Below, piece by piece: positions 8,300 to 17,933 of a stretch of 64,000 nt of DNA. The stretch covers positions 23,570 to 87,569 of the forward strand of contig JBBWZD010000131.1 of assembly GCA_039648875.1 (NCBI GenBank). Reading direction: 5' to 3'. Position 1 is the first letter of the stretch; every line of letters begins with the position of its first letter. Under the pieces are notes generated by a model. It did not search any database and had not been told where the DNA came from. It worked only from the letters and a program-made list of their open reading frames with translations. The position numbers and the translations under genes were made by a program. Origin of the DNA: Actinomycetota bacterium (GTDB lineage Bacteria; Actinomycetota; Thermoleophilia; Gaiellales; Gaiellaceae).

Positions 8300-9211
8300 T
8301 CAGACGTTGAAGCGGATGTTGAGGACGTCTCCGTCCTCGACCACGTACGTCCTCCCCTCCAGGCGCTGCTTCCCGGCCCGCGAGGCCTCGGTGTGCGAGC
8401 CGGCGGCGACGAGGTCGTCCCAGCGAATCACCTCGCAGCGGATGAAGCCGCGGGCGATGTCGGAGTGAATGGTCGCGGCCGCGTCGAGCGCCGTCTGCCC
8501 GCGCCGCAGCGTCCACGCGCGCGTCTCCTTCTCGCCGGCGGTGAAGAAGCTCAGCAGGTCGAGCGTCTCGGCCAGGCGCCGCACCACCTCGCCCAGCGCC
8601 GACTCGCGCCCGCCGCGGAACTCCGCCGCCTCGTCGGCGGACAGCTCGGCGAGCTCGGCCTCCAGCTTCAGGTCGATCCCGCCGGAGCCGTTCTCGATCG
8701 CGATCAGCGGCTTCGTCGTCAGCGGCTCGAGCTCCGGCGGGTGCTCCTCCCCCCAGTCGGCGAGCGCGTGCCCCGCGTCGAGGTGGGCGAGCAGGCGCTC
8801 GAGCTGCTCCACCTCCCGCTTCAGCGTGGCGTCGCCCGACTTCGCCTGCTTCGCCACGCGCTCGAGCCTACGCTCGACGTGGTCGCGGTCGGCGACGAGG
8901 AGCTCGAGCTTCAGCGTCTCGAGGTCGTCGTCCGGCACGCGCGTACCGGAGAAGCCGTCGAGGACGACGAGCAGCGCGTCGACCTGGCGCAGGTTGCCGA
9001 GCAGCTCCGGACCGGTGCCGCGCACCTCGGCGACGCGGATCGCCGCCGGCGTCACCTTGCGCGCCCGCACCACGTCGGCGAGCGGCTGCAGCCGCGGGTC
9101 GGGGATCGCCGCCATCCCGACCTCGCCGTGGGCGCGGGCGCCGGTGAGGGCCGCGAACAGCAGCGACTTCCCGGCGCTCGGCAGCCCCACGATCCCGACC
9201 TCCAGCGCCAC
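8300..9211 (-). CDS. ychF: YchF-like Obg-family ATPase, shortened and with degenerate G2/G3/G4 motifs
   Basis: Walker A GIVGLPSAGKS and the C-terminal TGS region (FFTAGEKETRAWT, HSDIARGFIRCEV, GDVLNIRFNV) are present. The segment carrying TIEPN and DIAGLV in canonical YchF is missing or replaced (see findings). Confidence 0.7.
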   Translation of the reverse strand: MALEVGIVGLPSAGKSLLFAALTGARAHGEVGMAAIPDPRLQPLADVVRARKVTPAAIRVAEVRGTGPELLGNLRQVDALLVVLDGFSGTRVPDDDLETLKLELLVADRDHVERRLERVAKQAKSGDATLKREVEQLERLLAHLDAGHALADWGEEHPPELEPLTTKPLIAIENGSGGIDLKLEAELAELSADEAAEFRGGRESALGEVVRRLAETLDLLSFFTAGEKETRAWTLRRGQTALDAAATIHSDIARGFIRCEVIRWDDLVAAGSHTEASRAGKQRLEGRTYVVEDGDVLNIRFNV

Positions 9212-9220
9212 GGAAGAGGA

Positions 9221-9805
9221 CTAGTCCTGCTTGTTGGCGATCTGCTTCTGGAGCGAGGCGAGCGCCCGGTGCTGCAGCGACTTGATCGCGCCTTCGGTCT
9301 TGCCGAGGATCGTCGCGACGTCCGCATTCGGGAAGTTGAAGACGAACTTCAGCGTCAGCACCTGCTGCTGCTCGGGCGACAGCCGCTCGATCAGCGCCAG
9401 CATCGACTGCCGGCCGATCGACTGCATCGCCTCGAGCTCGGCGGAGGGCTCCTCCGAGCCCGGAGGCTCCGGCACCTCCTCCTCCGGCTGCCAGCGGCGC
9501 CGGGCGCGGAAGTGGTCCATGGCGAGGTTGTGCGCGATGCGGAAGAGCCAGGCCGAGAAGGGCGCCGCCTGCCAGCGGAAGCGCTTGATCGACTCGAGCA
9601 TCTTCAGGAACGTCTGCGTCGTCAGGTCCTCCGCGTCGTGGCGGTTGCCGACGCTCATGTGCAGGTAGCTGTAGATCCGGTCGAAGTGGATGAGGTAGAG
9701 CTCCTCGAGCGCCGACCGGTCACCCTGCTGCGCCCGCTCGACGAGCCGGCGGACGTGCTCCGTCGACTCGCGCGGCGGCTTCTCGCTCGCTCTCTGGCTC
9801 ATCAC
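9221..9805 (-). CDS. ECF-type sigma-70 family RNA polymerase sigma factor
   Basis: Region 2 (FDRIYSYLHMSVGNRHDAEDLTTQTF, WLFRIAHNLAMDHFR) and region 4 (LSPEQQQVLTLKFVFNFPNADVATILGKTEGAIKSLQHRAL). Confidence 0.85.
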   Translation of the reverse strand: MMSQRASEKPPRESTEHVRRLVERAQQGDRSALEELYLIHFDRIYSYLHMSVGNRHDAEDLTTQTFLKMLESIKRFRWQAAPFSAWLFRIAHNLAMDHFRARRRWQPEEEVPEPPGSEEPSAELEAMQSIGRQSMLALIERLSPEQQQVLTLKFVFNFPNADVATILGKTEGAIKSLQHRALASLQKQIANKQD

Positions 9806-9842
9806 GACTGCTTCCCCGGGCCTCTTCGCGGCGTAACCCGGG

Positions 9843-10073
9843 TCAGCCGGCGCCGAAGCCGACGCGGCCGGCGCGGGCGAAGCGGCGGAAGTACGAGACG
9901 CGCGGCACGACGACGTGGTAGGGGCCGTCCTCGGTCTCGAGCACGACCACGCGCGGGCCGTCCTCGTGCAGGGCCCGCTCGAGCTGCTCGGCCGACGACG
10001 GGGCGACGAACCCGCCGATCACCTGGCCTCCCTCGAAGCCGAGCTCGATCCGCACGCGCTCCCCGTCAGCCAT
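9843..10073 (-). CDS. Small hypothetical protein (76 aa)
   Basis: ORF with high third-position GC, sitting in a tight co-directional chain between mce and the sigma factor. No family recognised. Confidence 0.5.
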   Translation of the reverse strand: MADGERVRIELGFEGGQVIGGFVAPSSAEQLERALHEDGPRVVVLETEDGPYHVVVPRVSYFRRFARAGRVGFGAG

Positions 10074-10470
10074 GCGAGACCACCTCCGACAGCACGCCGT
10101 GCACCGACTCGGGATGGACGAAGGCCACCTCGAGGCCGAACATACCGCGTCGAGGCTGGGCGTCGATCAGCTCCGCTCCCTCCCGGGAGAGCTCCGCCAG
10201 CGCGGAGCCCACGTCGTCGACCTCGTAGGCGACGTGGTGCATGCCGGGGCCGCGGCGGGCGAGGAAGCGGCCGACGGGCGTGTCCTCGCCGAGGGCCGCG
10301 AGCAGCTCGACGCGGCCGGCGCCGACACGGACGGAGGCCGCTTCGACGCCCTGCTCCTCGACGCGGGAGCGGTGCTCGAGGCGCCCGCCGAACAGCCGCA
10401 CGTACGTCTGCACCGCCTCGTCGAGGTTCGCCACGGCGACGCCGACGTGATGGATCCCGCGCGCTTCCAC
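10066..10470 (-). CDS. mce: Methylmalonyl-CoA epimerase (VOC/glyoxalase fold)
   Basis: GIHHVGVAVANLDEA, GPGMHHVAYEVDD, VAFVHPES. GTG start at 10470, downstream of the ftsH stop. Confidence 0.75.
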   Translation of the reverse strand: MEARGIHHVGVAVANLDEAVQTYVRLFGGRLEHRSRVEEQGVEAASVRVGAGRVELLAALGEDTPVGRFLARRGPGMHHVAYEVDDVGSALAELSREGAELIDAQPRRGMFGLEVAFVHPESVHGVLSEVVSHG

Positions 10471-10480
10471 GCGGGCGATG

Positions 10481-12052
10481 CTATCCGCTGGCCGGACCGC
10501 GGCGGAGCGGCGCGTCGGCCGCCGCCGCATCGGCCACGGCCGCGTTCACGACGGCGCGGGGCACGCCGACGGTCTCGGAGGCGCGCGACTCGGGCTCGAC
10601 GTTCGCGAAGAGCGCCAGCACCTCCTCGCGGACGAGGGTCTCCTTCTCGAGGAGGGCCGCTGCGATCCGGTCGAGCGCCGCGCGGTGCTTCTGCAGCAGG
10701 CGGCGCGACTCCGCGTACGCCGAGTCCGTCAGGCTCGCCTGCTCGGAGTCGCGGAGACGCTTCGTCTCCTCGGACAGCGCGTAGTTGTCGGCGCGCAGCG
10801 TGCGGGAGGCGACGCTCTCGGCCATGCCCCACTCGAAGACCATCGCGCGAGCGATCTCCGTCACCTTCTCCAGGTCGTTCGCCGCGCCGTTCGTGACGCG
10901 CCCGAACACGATCTCCTCGGCCGCGCGCCCCGCGAGGGCGACCACCATGTGGTCGATCAGCTCCTCCCGCGTGTGCAGGTAGCGATCCTCCTCGGGGAGG
11001 TAGAAGGCGTAGCCGAGGGCGTCGCCGCGCGAGACGATGGTCACCTTCTGGAGCTCCATGGCCGCTCCTACCAGGTGCGCCATCAGCGCGTGCCCGCCCT
11101 CGTGGTAGGCGAGGATCCGCCGCTCCTTCTCGGTGAGGAGCTTCTTCTGCTGCAGGCCCGCGACGGTGCGCTCGATGGCCGAGTCGAAGTCGGCCTGCGT
11201 CAGGTGCACGTCGCCGCGGCGGCCCGCGAAGATCGCCGCCTCGTTGCAGATGTTCGCCAGCTCGGCGCCCGTGAGCCCGCTCGTCTGCTTCGCGACCTGA
11301 TGCAGCTCGACGTCCGCGGCGAGCGGCTTGCTGCGCGTGTGGACGCCGAGGATGGCCTCGCGGCCGGCGAGGTCGGGCGGCGCCACCAGCATCTGGCGGT
11401 CGAAGCGGCCGGGGCGCAGGAGCGCCGAATCGAGATCCTGGATGCGGTTCGAGGCTCCCATGACGACCACCTTCTCGGCGCCCTCGAAGCCGTCGAGCTC
11501 GACGAGGAGCTGGTTGAGCGTCTGGTCCTGCTCCCGGTTGAAGCCGTGTCCGCTGCGCTGCGCCCCCACGGCGTCCAGCTCGTCGATGAAGACGATCGCA
11601 GGGGCATGCTTGCGCGCCTCGGCGAAGAGCTTGCGGATGCGCGCGGCGCCCAGGCCCGCGAACATCTCGACGAACGACGAGGCGCTCGCGGAGTAGAAGT
11701 TCGCGCCGGACTCGTGCGCGACGGCGCGGGCGAGCAGCGTCTTGCCGGTGCCGGGCGGCCCGTACAGGAGCAGCCCCTTCGGGACCTTCGCTCCGAGGCG
11801 CTGGAAGCGCTTCGGGTCGCGCAGGAACTCGACCACCTCCGACAGCTCGGCGCGAACCTCCTCGACCCCCGCGATGTCGCTCCAGCTCGTGTGCGACTTC
11901 GCCTTCGAGTCGACGTGCGCGGGGCGCGTGCGCGGCATCATCCCTACCGTCCGCCACAGCAGCCACGCCGTCATGACGAGGATGCCGAAGAACGCCAGCG
12001 GCAGCCACGTCGTGGCGAAGTCGGAGAGCGCGTGGAACCAGTGGCCTACCAT
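10481..12052 (-). CDS. ftsH: FtsH-type AAA+ zinc metalloprotease with unusually short single-TM N-terminus
   Basis: GPPGTGKT, IVFIDELDA, LLRPGRFDR (SRH) and HEGGHAL (HExxH). Only about 55 aa and one hydrophobic helix precede the AAA module. Confidence 0.85.
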   Translation of the reverse strand: MVGHWFHALSDFATTWLPLAFFGILVMTAWLLWRTVGMMPRTRPAHVDSKAKSHTSWSDIAGVEEVRAELSEVVEFLRDPKRFQRLGAKVPKGLLLYGPPGTGKTLLARAVAHESGANFYSASASSFVEMFAGLGAARIRKLFAEARKHAPAIVFIDELDAVGAQRSGHGFNREQDQTLNQLLVELDGFEGAEKVVVMGASNRIQDLDSALLRPGRFDRQMLVAPPDLAGREAILGVHTRSKPLAADVELHQVAKQTSGLTGAELANICNEAAIFAGRRGDVHLTQADFDSAIERTVAGLQQKKLLTEKERRILAYHEGGHALMAHLVGAAMELQKVTIVSRGDALGYAFYLPEEDRYLHTREELIDHMVVALAGRAAEEIVFGRVTNGAANDLEKVTEIARAMVFEWGMAESVASRTLRADNYALSEETKRLRDSEQASLTDSAYAESRRLLQKHRAALDRIAAALLEKETLVREEVLALFANVEPESRASETVGVPRAVVNAAVADAAAADAPLRRGPASG

Positions 12053-12056
12053 GCGC

Positions 12057-12683
12057 TCACGCCAGCGACGCCGCCGCCTCCTCGGCGCTCGTGAAGGTCA
12101 CGCCGCCGTTCCGCCAGAACGCCGTGCAGGCTGCGACCCGCCCCTCGTCGAGCCCCCTGGCAGCATCCTCGACGAAGCGCACGCGGCGGCCGCGCTGCAG
12201 GAAGCCGCGGATCGCGACGTCGTCGCAGATGTCCGTCGCCACGCCGAAGACCAGGATCTCGTCCGGGTCGAGCGCGTCGAGCAGGGAATCGGTGTTGGGA
12301 TTCGTGAAGACGTTGACGCTCTTCTTGAGGAGGAGGATCTCGCGCCTCCCACGGATCAGTTCCCCGAGCAGCTCCGGAGGAAACGGGACCAGCGAGAGCG
12401 GCACCGGATCGTGCTGCTTGGTCGCGGCGACCTTCTCCGCGCCGGGCGTCCCGCGCAGGCAATGCGGCGGGTAGGTGCTCCGCCAGTCGGGCTGCTCGGA
12501 GATCTCCGGATCGACGAGCTCGTGGTCGTCGGCGGAGGCGACGTGGACGACCCCCGCCGCGCGGGCCGCCTCCACCAGGCGGGCCATCGCCGGCGCCGCC
12601 GTCTCCGCGCCCCCGACATAGAGCTTTCCCGCAGGGTCCATGAAGTCCACCTGCGTGTCGACGTCCCACAGGACCCTCTTCAC
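12057..12683 (-). CDS. pncA: Isochorismatase-family hydrolase, probable nicotinamidase
   Basis: VKRVLWDVDTQVDF, LLKKSVNVF, VFGVATDICD (D/K/C triad context). GTGA overlap with the pncB stop. Confidence 0.7.
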   Translation of the reverse strand: MKRVLWDVDTQVDFMDPAGKLYVGGAETAAPAMARLVEAARAAGVVHVASADDHELVDPEISEQPDWRSTYPPHCLRGTPGAEKVAATKQHDPVPLSLVPFPPELLGELIRGRREILLLKKSVNVFTNPNTDSLLDALDPDEILVFGVATDICDDVAIRGFLQRGRRVRFVEDAARGLDEGRVAACTAFWRNGGVTFTSAEEAAASLA

Positions 12684-13759
12684 GGCACGAGCTCGAGCCG
12701 CGGGCTCTCGCGGTAGCGCCGGCCCACCTTGGCGGAGGGCCTGCCGTCGGTCGTCACCACGTCTGCCGTGAAGTCGTTCGAGCCGCGGATCAGCGAGGAG
12801 CCGATCCCGTAGGCGTCGACCGGCACGCCGCTCTCCGCGAACGCCCGGATCTTCTCGACGGTGAAGCCGCCGGAGGCGACGATCTTCACGCCCTCGAAGC
12901 CCGCCGCGTCGAGGGCATGCCGCACCTTCCAGACGAGCCGCTCGTTCACGCCGGTCGGCTTGAAGTCGCCCAGGTCCTGCCAGAGCGAACGGTCGACGAG
13001 CGACTCGGAGGTGTCGAGCCGCACGCCCCAGAGCCGCGCTCCCAGCGCGTCGGCGACCTCGAGCGCCGTCCGCACCGAGTCGTTCTCGAAGTCCACGAGG
13101 ACCGTGATGTTCATGTCCGGAGGAGCCCACTCGGCGAAGGCGCGCGCGGCGGCGACCGTGTCGCCGCCGTAGGCCGCTATCAGCGCGTGCGGCACGGTGC
13201 CGACGCCGCGCCCACCCCACCACGACGCCTGCTCGTCCGTCGTGACGCCGATCTCGGCGCCGACGACGCGCCCCGCGACGTAGGCGGCATAGCCGTCGCC
13301 GGTCTGGACGCGATGGTGGTCGTGCCGGGCCGGCATGAAGATGACCGGCTTCCCGTCGGCGGCCTCGAGGACCCGTACCACGTTCGTCGTGATCAGCGTG
13401 CGCCGCGCGAGCGTGCCGAGGTAGACCGTCTCCAGGTGGGCGAACGCGGTGTAGTCGCCCTCGATCGTCAGCACCGGCTCCCACGGCTCGATCGGGTCGC
13501 CGTCGTAGAGGGCCCGGATCTCGAGACCGTCGGCGTCGTGGGCGCAGAGCTTCAGGATCGCGAGCGCCTCGTCCATCCCCCCGAGCCACGAGTGCTTGCG
13601 CTGGAAGACCTGCATCACCACCTGCGGGCGGCGCCCCGCGCGCAGGAGCGTGTCCCGGCCGTGGTTGAAGTACGCGTCGGTGTACCACCCCGCTCGCATC
13701 TTCTCGACCGGCAGGTCGAAGATCTCCGGCGGGAGGCGGGTCCGCGTGCTAGTCGCCAT
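12680..13759 (-). CDS. pncB: Nicotinate phosphoribosyltransferase (short, archaeal-like type)
   Basis: 359 aa. DAYFNH, TIEGDY, ETVYLG, PARHD, GVRLDTS, VASGGF. Confidence 0.75.
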   Translation of the reverse strand: MATSTRTRLPPEIFDLPVEKMRAGWYTDAYFNHGRDTLLRAGRRPQVVMQVFQRKHSWLGGMDEALAILKLCAHDADGLEIRALYDGDPIEPWEPVLTIEGDYTAFAHLETVYLGTLARRTLITTNVVRVLEAADGKPVIFMPARHDHHRVQTGDGYAAYVAGRVVGAEIGVTTDEQASWWGGRGVGTVPHALIAAYGGDTVAAARAFAEWAPPDMNITVLVDFENDSVRTALEVADALGARLWGVRLDTSESLVDRSLWQDLGDFKPTGVNERLVWKVRHALDAAGFEGVKIVASGGFTVEKIRAFAESGVPVDAYGIGSSLIRGSNDFTADVVTTDGRPSAKVGRRYRESPRLELVP

Positions 13760-14528
13760 GCTCGAGCGCGACGCAGGCGGCGAGCGCGGCCTCGGCGACC
13801 TCGAGCTGCTCGGGGCTCGGCTCGGCCGTCGAGAGCCGGTGCTGCAGCTCGTGACCCGGCTTCGAGAGCGCCTGCGCCACCAGGTGACCCGGATGCCGGG
13901 TCATCCAGCCGAAGATCTCGGTCGAGGCGGCGAGGGCGCCGACCTGGGCGGCGGCGCGGGCGGGGTTGCGCAGCCGCTCCGGCGCGAGGCCGGCGAGCAC
14001 GTTGCCTGCAGCCGAGGTCGCCACGAGGGGGCCGATGAGATGGCCGCCGCAGCGCTCGTGCTCCTTCGTCGCGCCCGGGCCGTGCTCGTACGTGCCAATC
14101 GAGATGTGCTCGGCGCCGTGGTAGGCGGCGAGCTCCGAGCCGCGGAGCGCGACGGCCGCCGGCGCGATCGAGAGCAGGCCGGAGAGCAGCTCCTGCGCGG
14201 CCGGGCGCAGCCGCGCCGAGTCGCGGACGCCCTTCACGGCGAGCGCCGCGCCCACCATCATCACGAGCACGCGGGGGCTCTCCATCGGCAGCCGCGCCGC
14301 CGGCAGCCTGCGCTTCACCTGCGGCAGCAGCGCCAGAGCCTCGGCGAGGCGCGCGGGGCCGCGCAGCAGCGGGCTCGTGACCCGCGCGGCTCGGAACCGC
14401 TTTCGAGCCGACACGACCTCCAGCCGCCCGTCCGGGTGCCGGATCGCGCACGCCCAGGCGCTCGGCCCGTGCACGAGCACGCCGTTCGGCAGGGCCATGC
14501 CGCCGAGGCGGAGCTTCTCCTCGCTCAC
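13749..14528 (-). CDS. DUF1385 family protein
   Basis: LGGMALPNGVLVHGP and AAYHGAEHISIG are typical of DUF1385 (YqhQ-like). Confidence 0.7.
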   Translation of the reverse strand: MSEEKLRLGGMALPNGVLVHGPSAWACAIRHPDGRLEVVSARKRFRAARVTSPLLRGPARLAEALALLPQVKRRLPAARLPMESPRVLVMMVGAALAVKGVRDSARLRPAAQELLSGLLSIAPAAVALRGSELAAYHGAEHISIGTYEHGPGATKEHERCGGHLIGPLVATSAAGNVLAGLAPERLRNPARAAAQVGALAASTEIFGWMTRHPGHLVAQALSKPGHELQHRLSTAEPSPEQLEVAEAALAACVALEHGD

Positions 14529-14552
14529 GTCGCTGAGCGTACAGGCGGGGGA

Positions 14553-15854
14553 TCAGCCACAGACGGCGCGTGCCGCGTGCCGCAGCCAGGACAGCCCCAG
14601 CTCGACGTCGTCCACCGGCACGCGCTCGTCTGCCGAGTGGATGAGCTGCGCCGCGACGCGGGCCGGCATCGCCCGCGAGGGGAAGAAGCCGTAGGCGACG
14701 GTTCCGAACGCCTCCCGCAGCCAGTGGCTGTCGGTGAAGCCGGCCGTGCAGATCGGCACGGCGTGGGCACCGGGCTCGGTCGCGCCCGTGAACTCCTCCA
14801 CCGCCCGCCACAGCGGCGTGTCGAGCGGGGAGCGGGTGCCGCCGTGCGCCTGCAGCCACTCGAGCTCGTAGTCCACGTCGCCCCCCACCACGGCCCGCAC
14901 CACGGGCTCGACCCCCGACGGATGCTGACCCGGCAGCAGCCTGCAGTCGACCACCACCTCGCAGAGGGCGGGGATGACGTTGCGCTTCTGCGACGCCGAG
15001 ATGATCGTGGGCGCGAACGTCGGTGCCAGCAGCGGCTCGACGAGCTCGGCCGCGGTGGGATCGAGCGCCTGCGCCCGCTCCAGCACGGAGCGCGGGGAGG
15101 GGACCTCGCCGAGCACGGTGCGCAGGAAGGCCTCCACCTCGGGCTGCACCTGCGGCTCCGGGCGGTAGGCGGCCAGACGCTCGACGAGCCGCGCAGCCTT
15201 CACGAGCGCGTTGTCGGCGATCCCCGGCATCGACGCGTGCCCCGAGCGTCCGTGCACGAGGAGGAGGAACGGGGCGCTCATCTTCTCCGCCGCCGAGCAG
15301 AGGTAGTAGACGCCGCCCCCGAGCTCGAGCCGGTCGCCGGCGCCCTCGTTCACAGCGAAGTCGCAGCGCACCGCGTCCGGGTGCTCCTCGCAGAGCCACT
15401 CGAGGCCGAACCCGTCGCCCACCTCCTCGTCGGCTGTCGCGGCGAAGATGAGGTCGCCGTCCGGGTGGAATCCCTCGCGGGCGAGCGACGCGATCGCGAC
15501 CGCGCTCGCCGCCACCTGGCCCTTCATGTCGAGCGCGCCGCGGCCCCAGACCTCCCCCTCGCGGACCTCGCCCGCGAAGGGCGGCACCGACCACTCGCGC
15601 GGATCCGCGAGCACGACGTCGGTGTGCGACAGCAGGAGCAGGCTGGGGCCGTCGCCGCTGCCGCGGATGCGCGCGACGAGGTTGGCGCGCTCCGGCACGC
15701 GCGCGTAGACCTCGCACTCGACCCCGTTGCCCTCGAGGTAGCCGCGCAGGAGCTCCGCGGCCGCCGTCTCGTTCCCGGGCGGGTTCGTCGTGTCGAGACG
15801 GATGAGCCGGCTGAGGAGGTCGCTCGCCTCGCCGCGCAGGCTGGTCACGGCCAC
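14553..15854 (-). CDS. M20/M25/M40 family metallopeptidase
   Basis: LSHTDVV, RGALDMKG, ADEEVG, GHASMP. The start is ambiguous: GTG 15854, GTG 15848 or ATG 15890. Confidence 0.8.
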   Translation of the reverse strand: MAVTSLRGEASDLLSRLIRLDTTNPPGNETAAAELLRGYLEGNGVECEVYARVPERANLVARIRGSGDGPSLLLLSHTDVVLADPREWSVPPFAGEVREGEVWGRGALDMKGQVAASAVAIASLAREGFHPDGDLIFAATADEEVGDGFGLEWLCEEHPDAVRCDFAVNEGAGDRLELGGGVYYLCSAAEKMSAPFLLLVHGRSGHASMPGIADNALVKAARLVERLAAYRPEPQVQPEVEAFLRTVLGEVPSPRSVLERAQALDPTAAELVEPLLAPTFAPTIISASQKRNVIPALCEVVVDCRLLPGQHPSGVEPVVRAVVGGDVDYELEWLQAHGGTRSPLDTPLWRAVEEFTGATEPGAHAVPICTAGFTDSHWLREAFGTVAYGFFPSRAMPARVAAQLIHSADERVPVDDVELGLSWLRHAARAVCG

Positions 15855-15876
15855 CGGCGGAGCATAGAAGCGAGTA

Positions 15877-15882
15877 CATACT
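15877..15882 (+). promoter_or_regulatory. -10-like CATACT ending 7 nt before the rarA ATG
   Basis: Motif and spacing only, within the 34-nt divergent spacer. Confidence 0.3.
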
Positions 15883-15888
15883 GGCGGC

Positions 15889-17139
15889 ATGGGTGACCTG
15901 TTCTCGGAGTCGGCGGCGCGGCGCGCCGGCGAGGTGGCGCCGCTCGCGCAGCGCCTGCGGCCGCGCACGCTCGCAGACTTCGTGGGGCAGGCGCACGTGC
16001 TGGGCGAGGGATCCGCCCTGCGGCTCGCGATCGCCGAGGATCGCGTCCGCTCCTCGATCTTCTACGGGCCGCCGGGCTCCGGCAAGACGACGCTGGCGCG
16101 CATCGTCGCGGCGACGACGGGCGCCGTCTTCGAGGAGCTCTCGGCGGTCTCGGCGACGGTGAAGGACGTCCGCGGGATCCTGGCGGGCTCACGCGAGCGC
16201 CTGGGCGCGTCCGGCCGGCGGACGATCCTCTTCCTCGACGAGATCCACCGCTTCAACAAGGCGCAGCAGGACGCGCTGCTCCCGGCCGTCGAGGAGGGTC
16301 TCGTGACCCTGATCGGCGCGACGACCGAGAACCCGTACTTCGAGGTGAACTCGGCGCTGCTCTCGCGCTGCCAGGTCTACGAGCTCGAGCCGCTCGCACC
16401 GGCCGACGTGCAGGAGATCGTCCGCCGCGGCGCCGCGGAGCTGGGGGCAGAGCTCGCCGACGCGCTCGTCGAGCTCGTCGCCCGCCGCAGCGGGGGCGAC
16501 GCGCGCGCGGCGCTGAACATCGTCGAGCTGGCCGTGGAGACCGCCCGCGCCGAGGGCGCCGCGGTGAGCGAGGCGCACGTCGAGGACGCCGCGCGCAAGC
16601 GGCCGGTCGTCTACGACAACGCGGACGCGCACTACGACTTCACGTCCGCCTTCATCAAGTCGATGCGCGGCTCCGATCCCGACGCCGCCGTCTACTACCT
16701 CGCCGCGATGCTCGAGGGGGGAGAGGACGCGCGCTTCATCGCGCGACGGATGATCGTGCTCGCATCCGAGGACGTCGGGAACGCCGATCCTCGCGCCCTG
16801 CTCGTCGCGGTGGCCGCCGCCCACGCGGTCGAGCACGTCGGGCTGCCGGAGGCCCGGCTCAACCTCGCGCAGGCGGCGATCTATCTCGCGCGCGCGCCGA
16901 AGTCGAACGCGAGCTACGTCGCCCTGAAGGAGGCCGCGGCCGACGTGCGGGAGCTCGGAAACGTGCAGCCCCCGCGGGCGCTGCGCGACGGAAGCTACTA
17001 CGGCCGCCGCCTCGGCCACGGCACGGGCTACGTGTACCCGCACGACGACGCGCGCGGCTTCGAGATCGACCACCTCCCCGACGAGCTGAAGGGACGGACC
17101 TACTACCGGCCCTCCGGCAGCGGCGAGGAAGAGGGGTAG
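15889..17139 (+). CDS. rarA: Replication-associated recombination protein A (MgsA/RarA AAA+ ATPase)
   Basis: [54 protein letters not shown], and the MgsA C-terminal region. Confidence 0.9.
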   Translation: MGDLFSESAARRAGEVAPLAQRLRPRTLADFVGQAHVLGEGSALRLAIAEDRVRSSIFYGPPGSGKTTLARIVAATTGAVFEELSAVSATVKDVRGILAGSRERLGASGRRTILFLDEIHRFNKAQQDALLPAVEEGLVTLIGATTENPYFEVNSALLSRCQVYELEPLAPADVQEIVRRGAAELGAELADALVELVARRSGGDARAALNIVELAVETARAEGAAVSEAHVEDAARKRPVVYDNADAHYDFTSAFIKSMRGSDPDAAVYYLAAMLEGGEDARFIARRMIVLASEDVGNADPRALLVAVAAAHAVEHVGLPEARLNLAQAAIYLARAPKSNASYVALKEAAADVRELGNVQPPRALRDGSYYGRRLGHGTGYVYPHDDARGFEIDHLPDELKGRTYYRPSGSGEEEG

Positions 17140-17147
17140 CGCCGCCG

Positions 17148-17933
17148 GTGCGGCTGCACGTCCACGAATGGGGCGACCCGGCGGGCCCGCCGCTGCTCTG
17201 CCTCCACGGCGTGACCGCGCACGGCGAGCGCTTCCGGCGGCTGGCCGAGGAGCGCTGGGCGGAGCGGTTCCACGTGGTCGCCCCGGACCTGCGCGGCCAC
17301 GGCCGTTCCGGCTGGGATCCGCCCTGGTCGTTCGAGACGCATGTCGCCGACCTGGTGGAGACGGTGGCCGCGCTCGGCATCGGCGAGGCCGACTGGCTCG
17401 GGCATTCCTTCGGCGGCCGGCTCGTGCTCGAGCTGGCCGCGCGGCACCCGAAGCTCGCGCGGCGCGCCGTCCTGCTCGACCCGGCCATTCAGGTGCTGCC
17501 CCACGTCGCGCTCTTCTCCGCGGAGAGCGAACGCGCCGACCCCGTGTACGAGTCGGCGGAGGACTACGCGGAGCGGCGCGGCGACGGGCCGGCGACGCCG
17601 CGGGAGCTCGTGCTGCTCGACGCGGAGCAGCATTGCGAGCCGCTGCCGGACGGGCGGCTGCGGCGGCGGACGTGCCAGGCCGCGGTGATCTCGATCTACG
17701 GCGAGCTCGCGGCCGAGCCGCCGCCGCCGGAGACGCTGCGGGCGCCGGCGCTGCTCGTCCACGCGCCGGCCTACGGCCTCGTGCGCGAGGAGCAGCTCGC
17801 GGCCTACGCGGATCGAGTCGAGACGGTCGCCGTGCCGGGCCTGCACATCGTCATGTGGGACGCGTTCGAGGAGACCGCCGAGGCGGTCGAGCGGTTCCTG
17901 CTCGCGTCAAAGGATGCGCGCGCCGAGCGCTGA
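17148..17933 (+). CDS. Alpha/beta-fold hydrolase
   Basis: LCLHGV, APDLRGHGRS, and the nucleophile elbow GHSFGG. Confidence 0.75.
   Translation: MRLHVHEWGDPAGPPLLCLHGVTAHGERFRRLAEERWAERFHVVAPDLRGHGRSGWDPPWSFETHVADLVETVAALGIGEADWLGHSFGGRLVLELAARHPKLARRAVLLDPAIQVLPHVALFSAESERADPVYESAEDYAERRGDGPATPRELVLLDAEQHCEPLPDGRLRRRTCQAAVISIYGELAAEPPPPETLRAPALLVHAPAYGLVREEQLAAYADRVETVAVPGLHIVMWDAFEETAEAVERFLLASKDARAER

Noticed and set aside
17907-17933. Convergent 3' overlaps: hydrolase/arginase 27 nt, EamA/antiporter 4 nt at 6691-6694, and MerR-like/galT stops 1 nt apart at 61887/61889.
   Set aside because: Small convergent overlaps are common in compact high-GC genomes. I see no structure or motif suggesting a specific antisense regulatory function.
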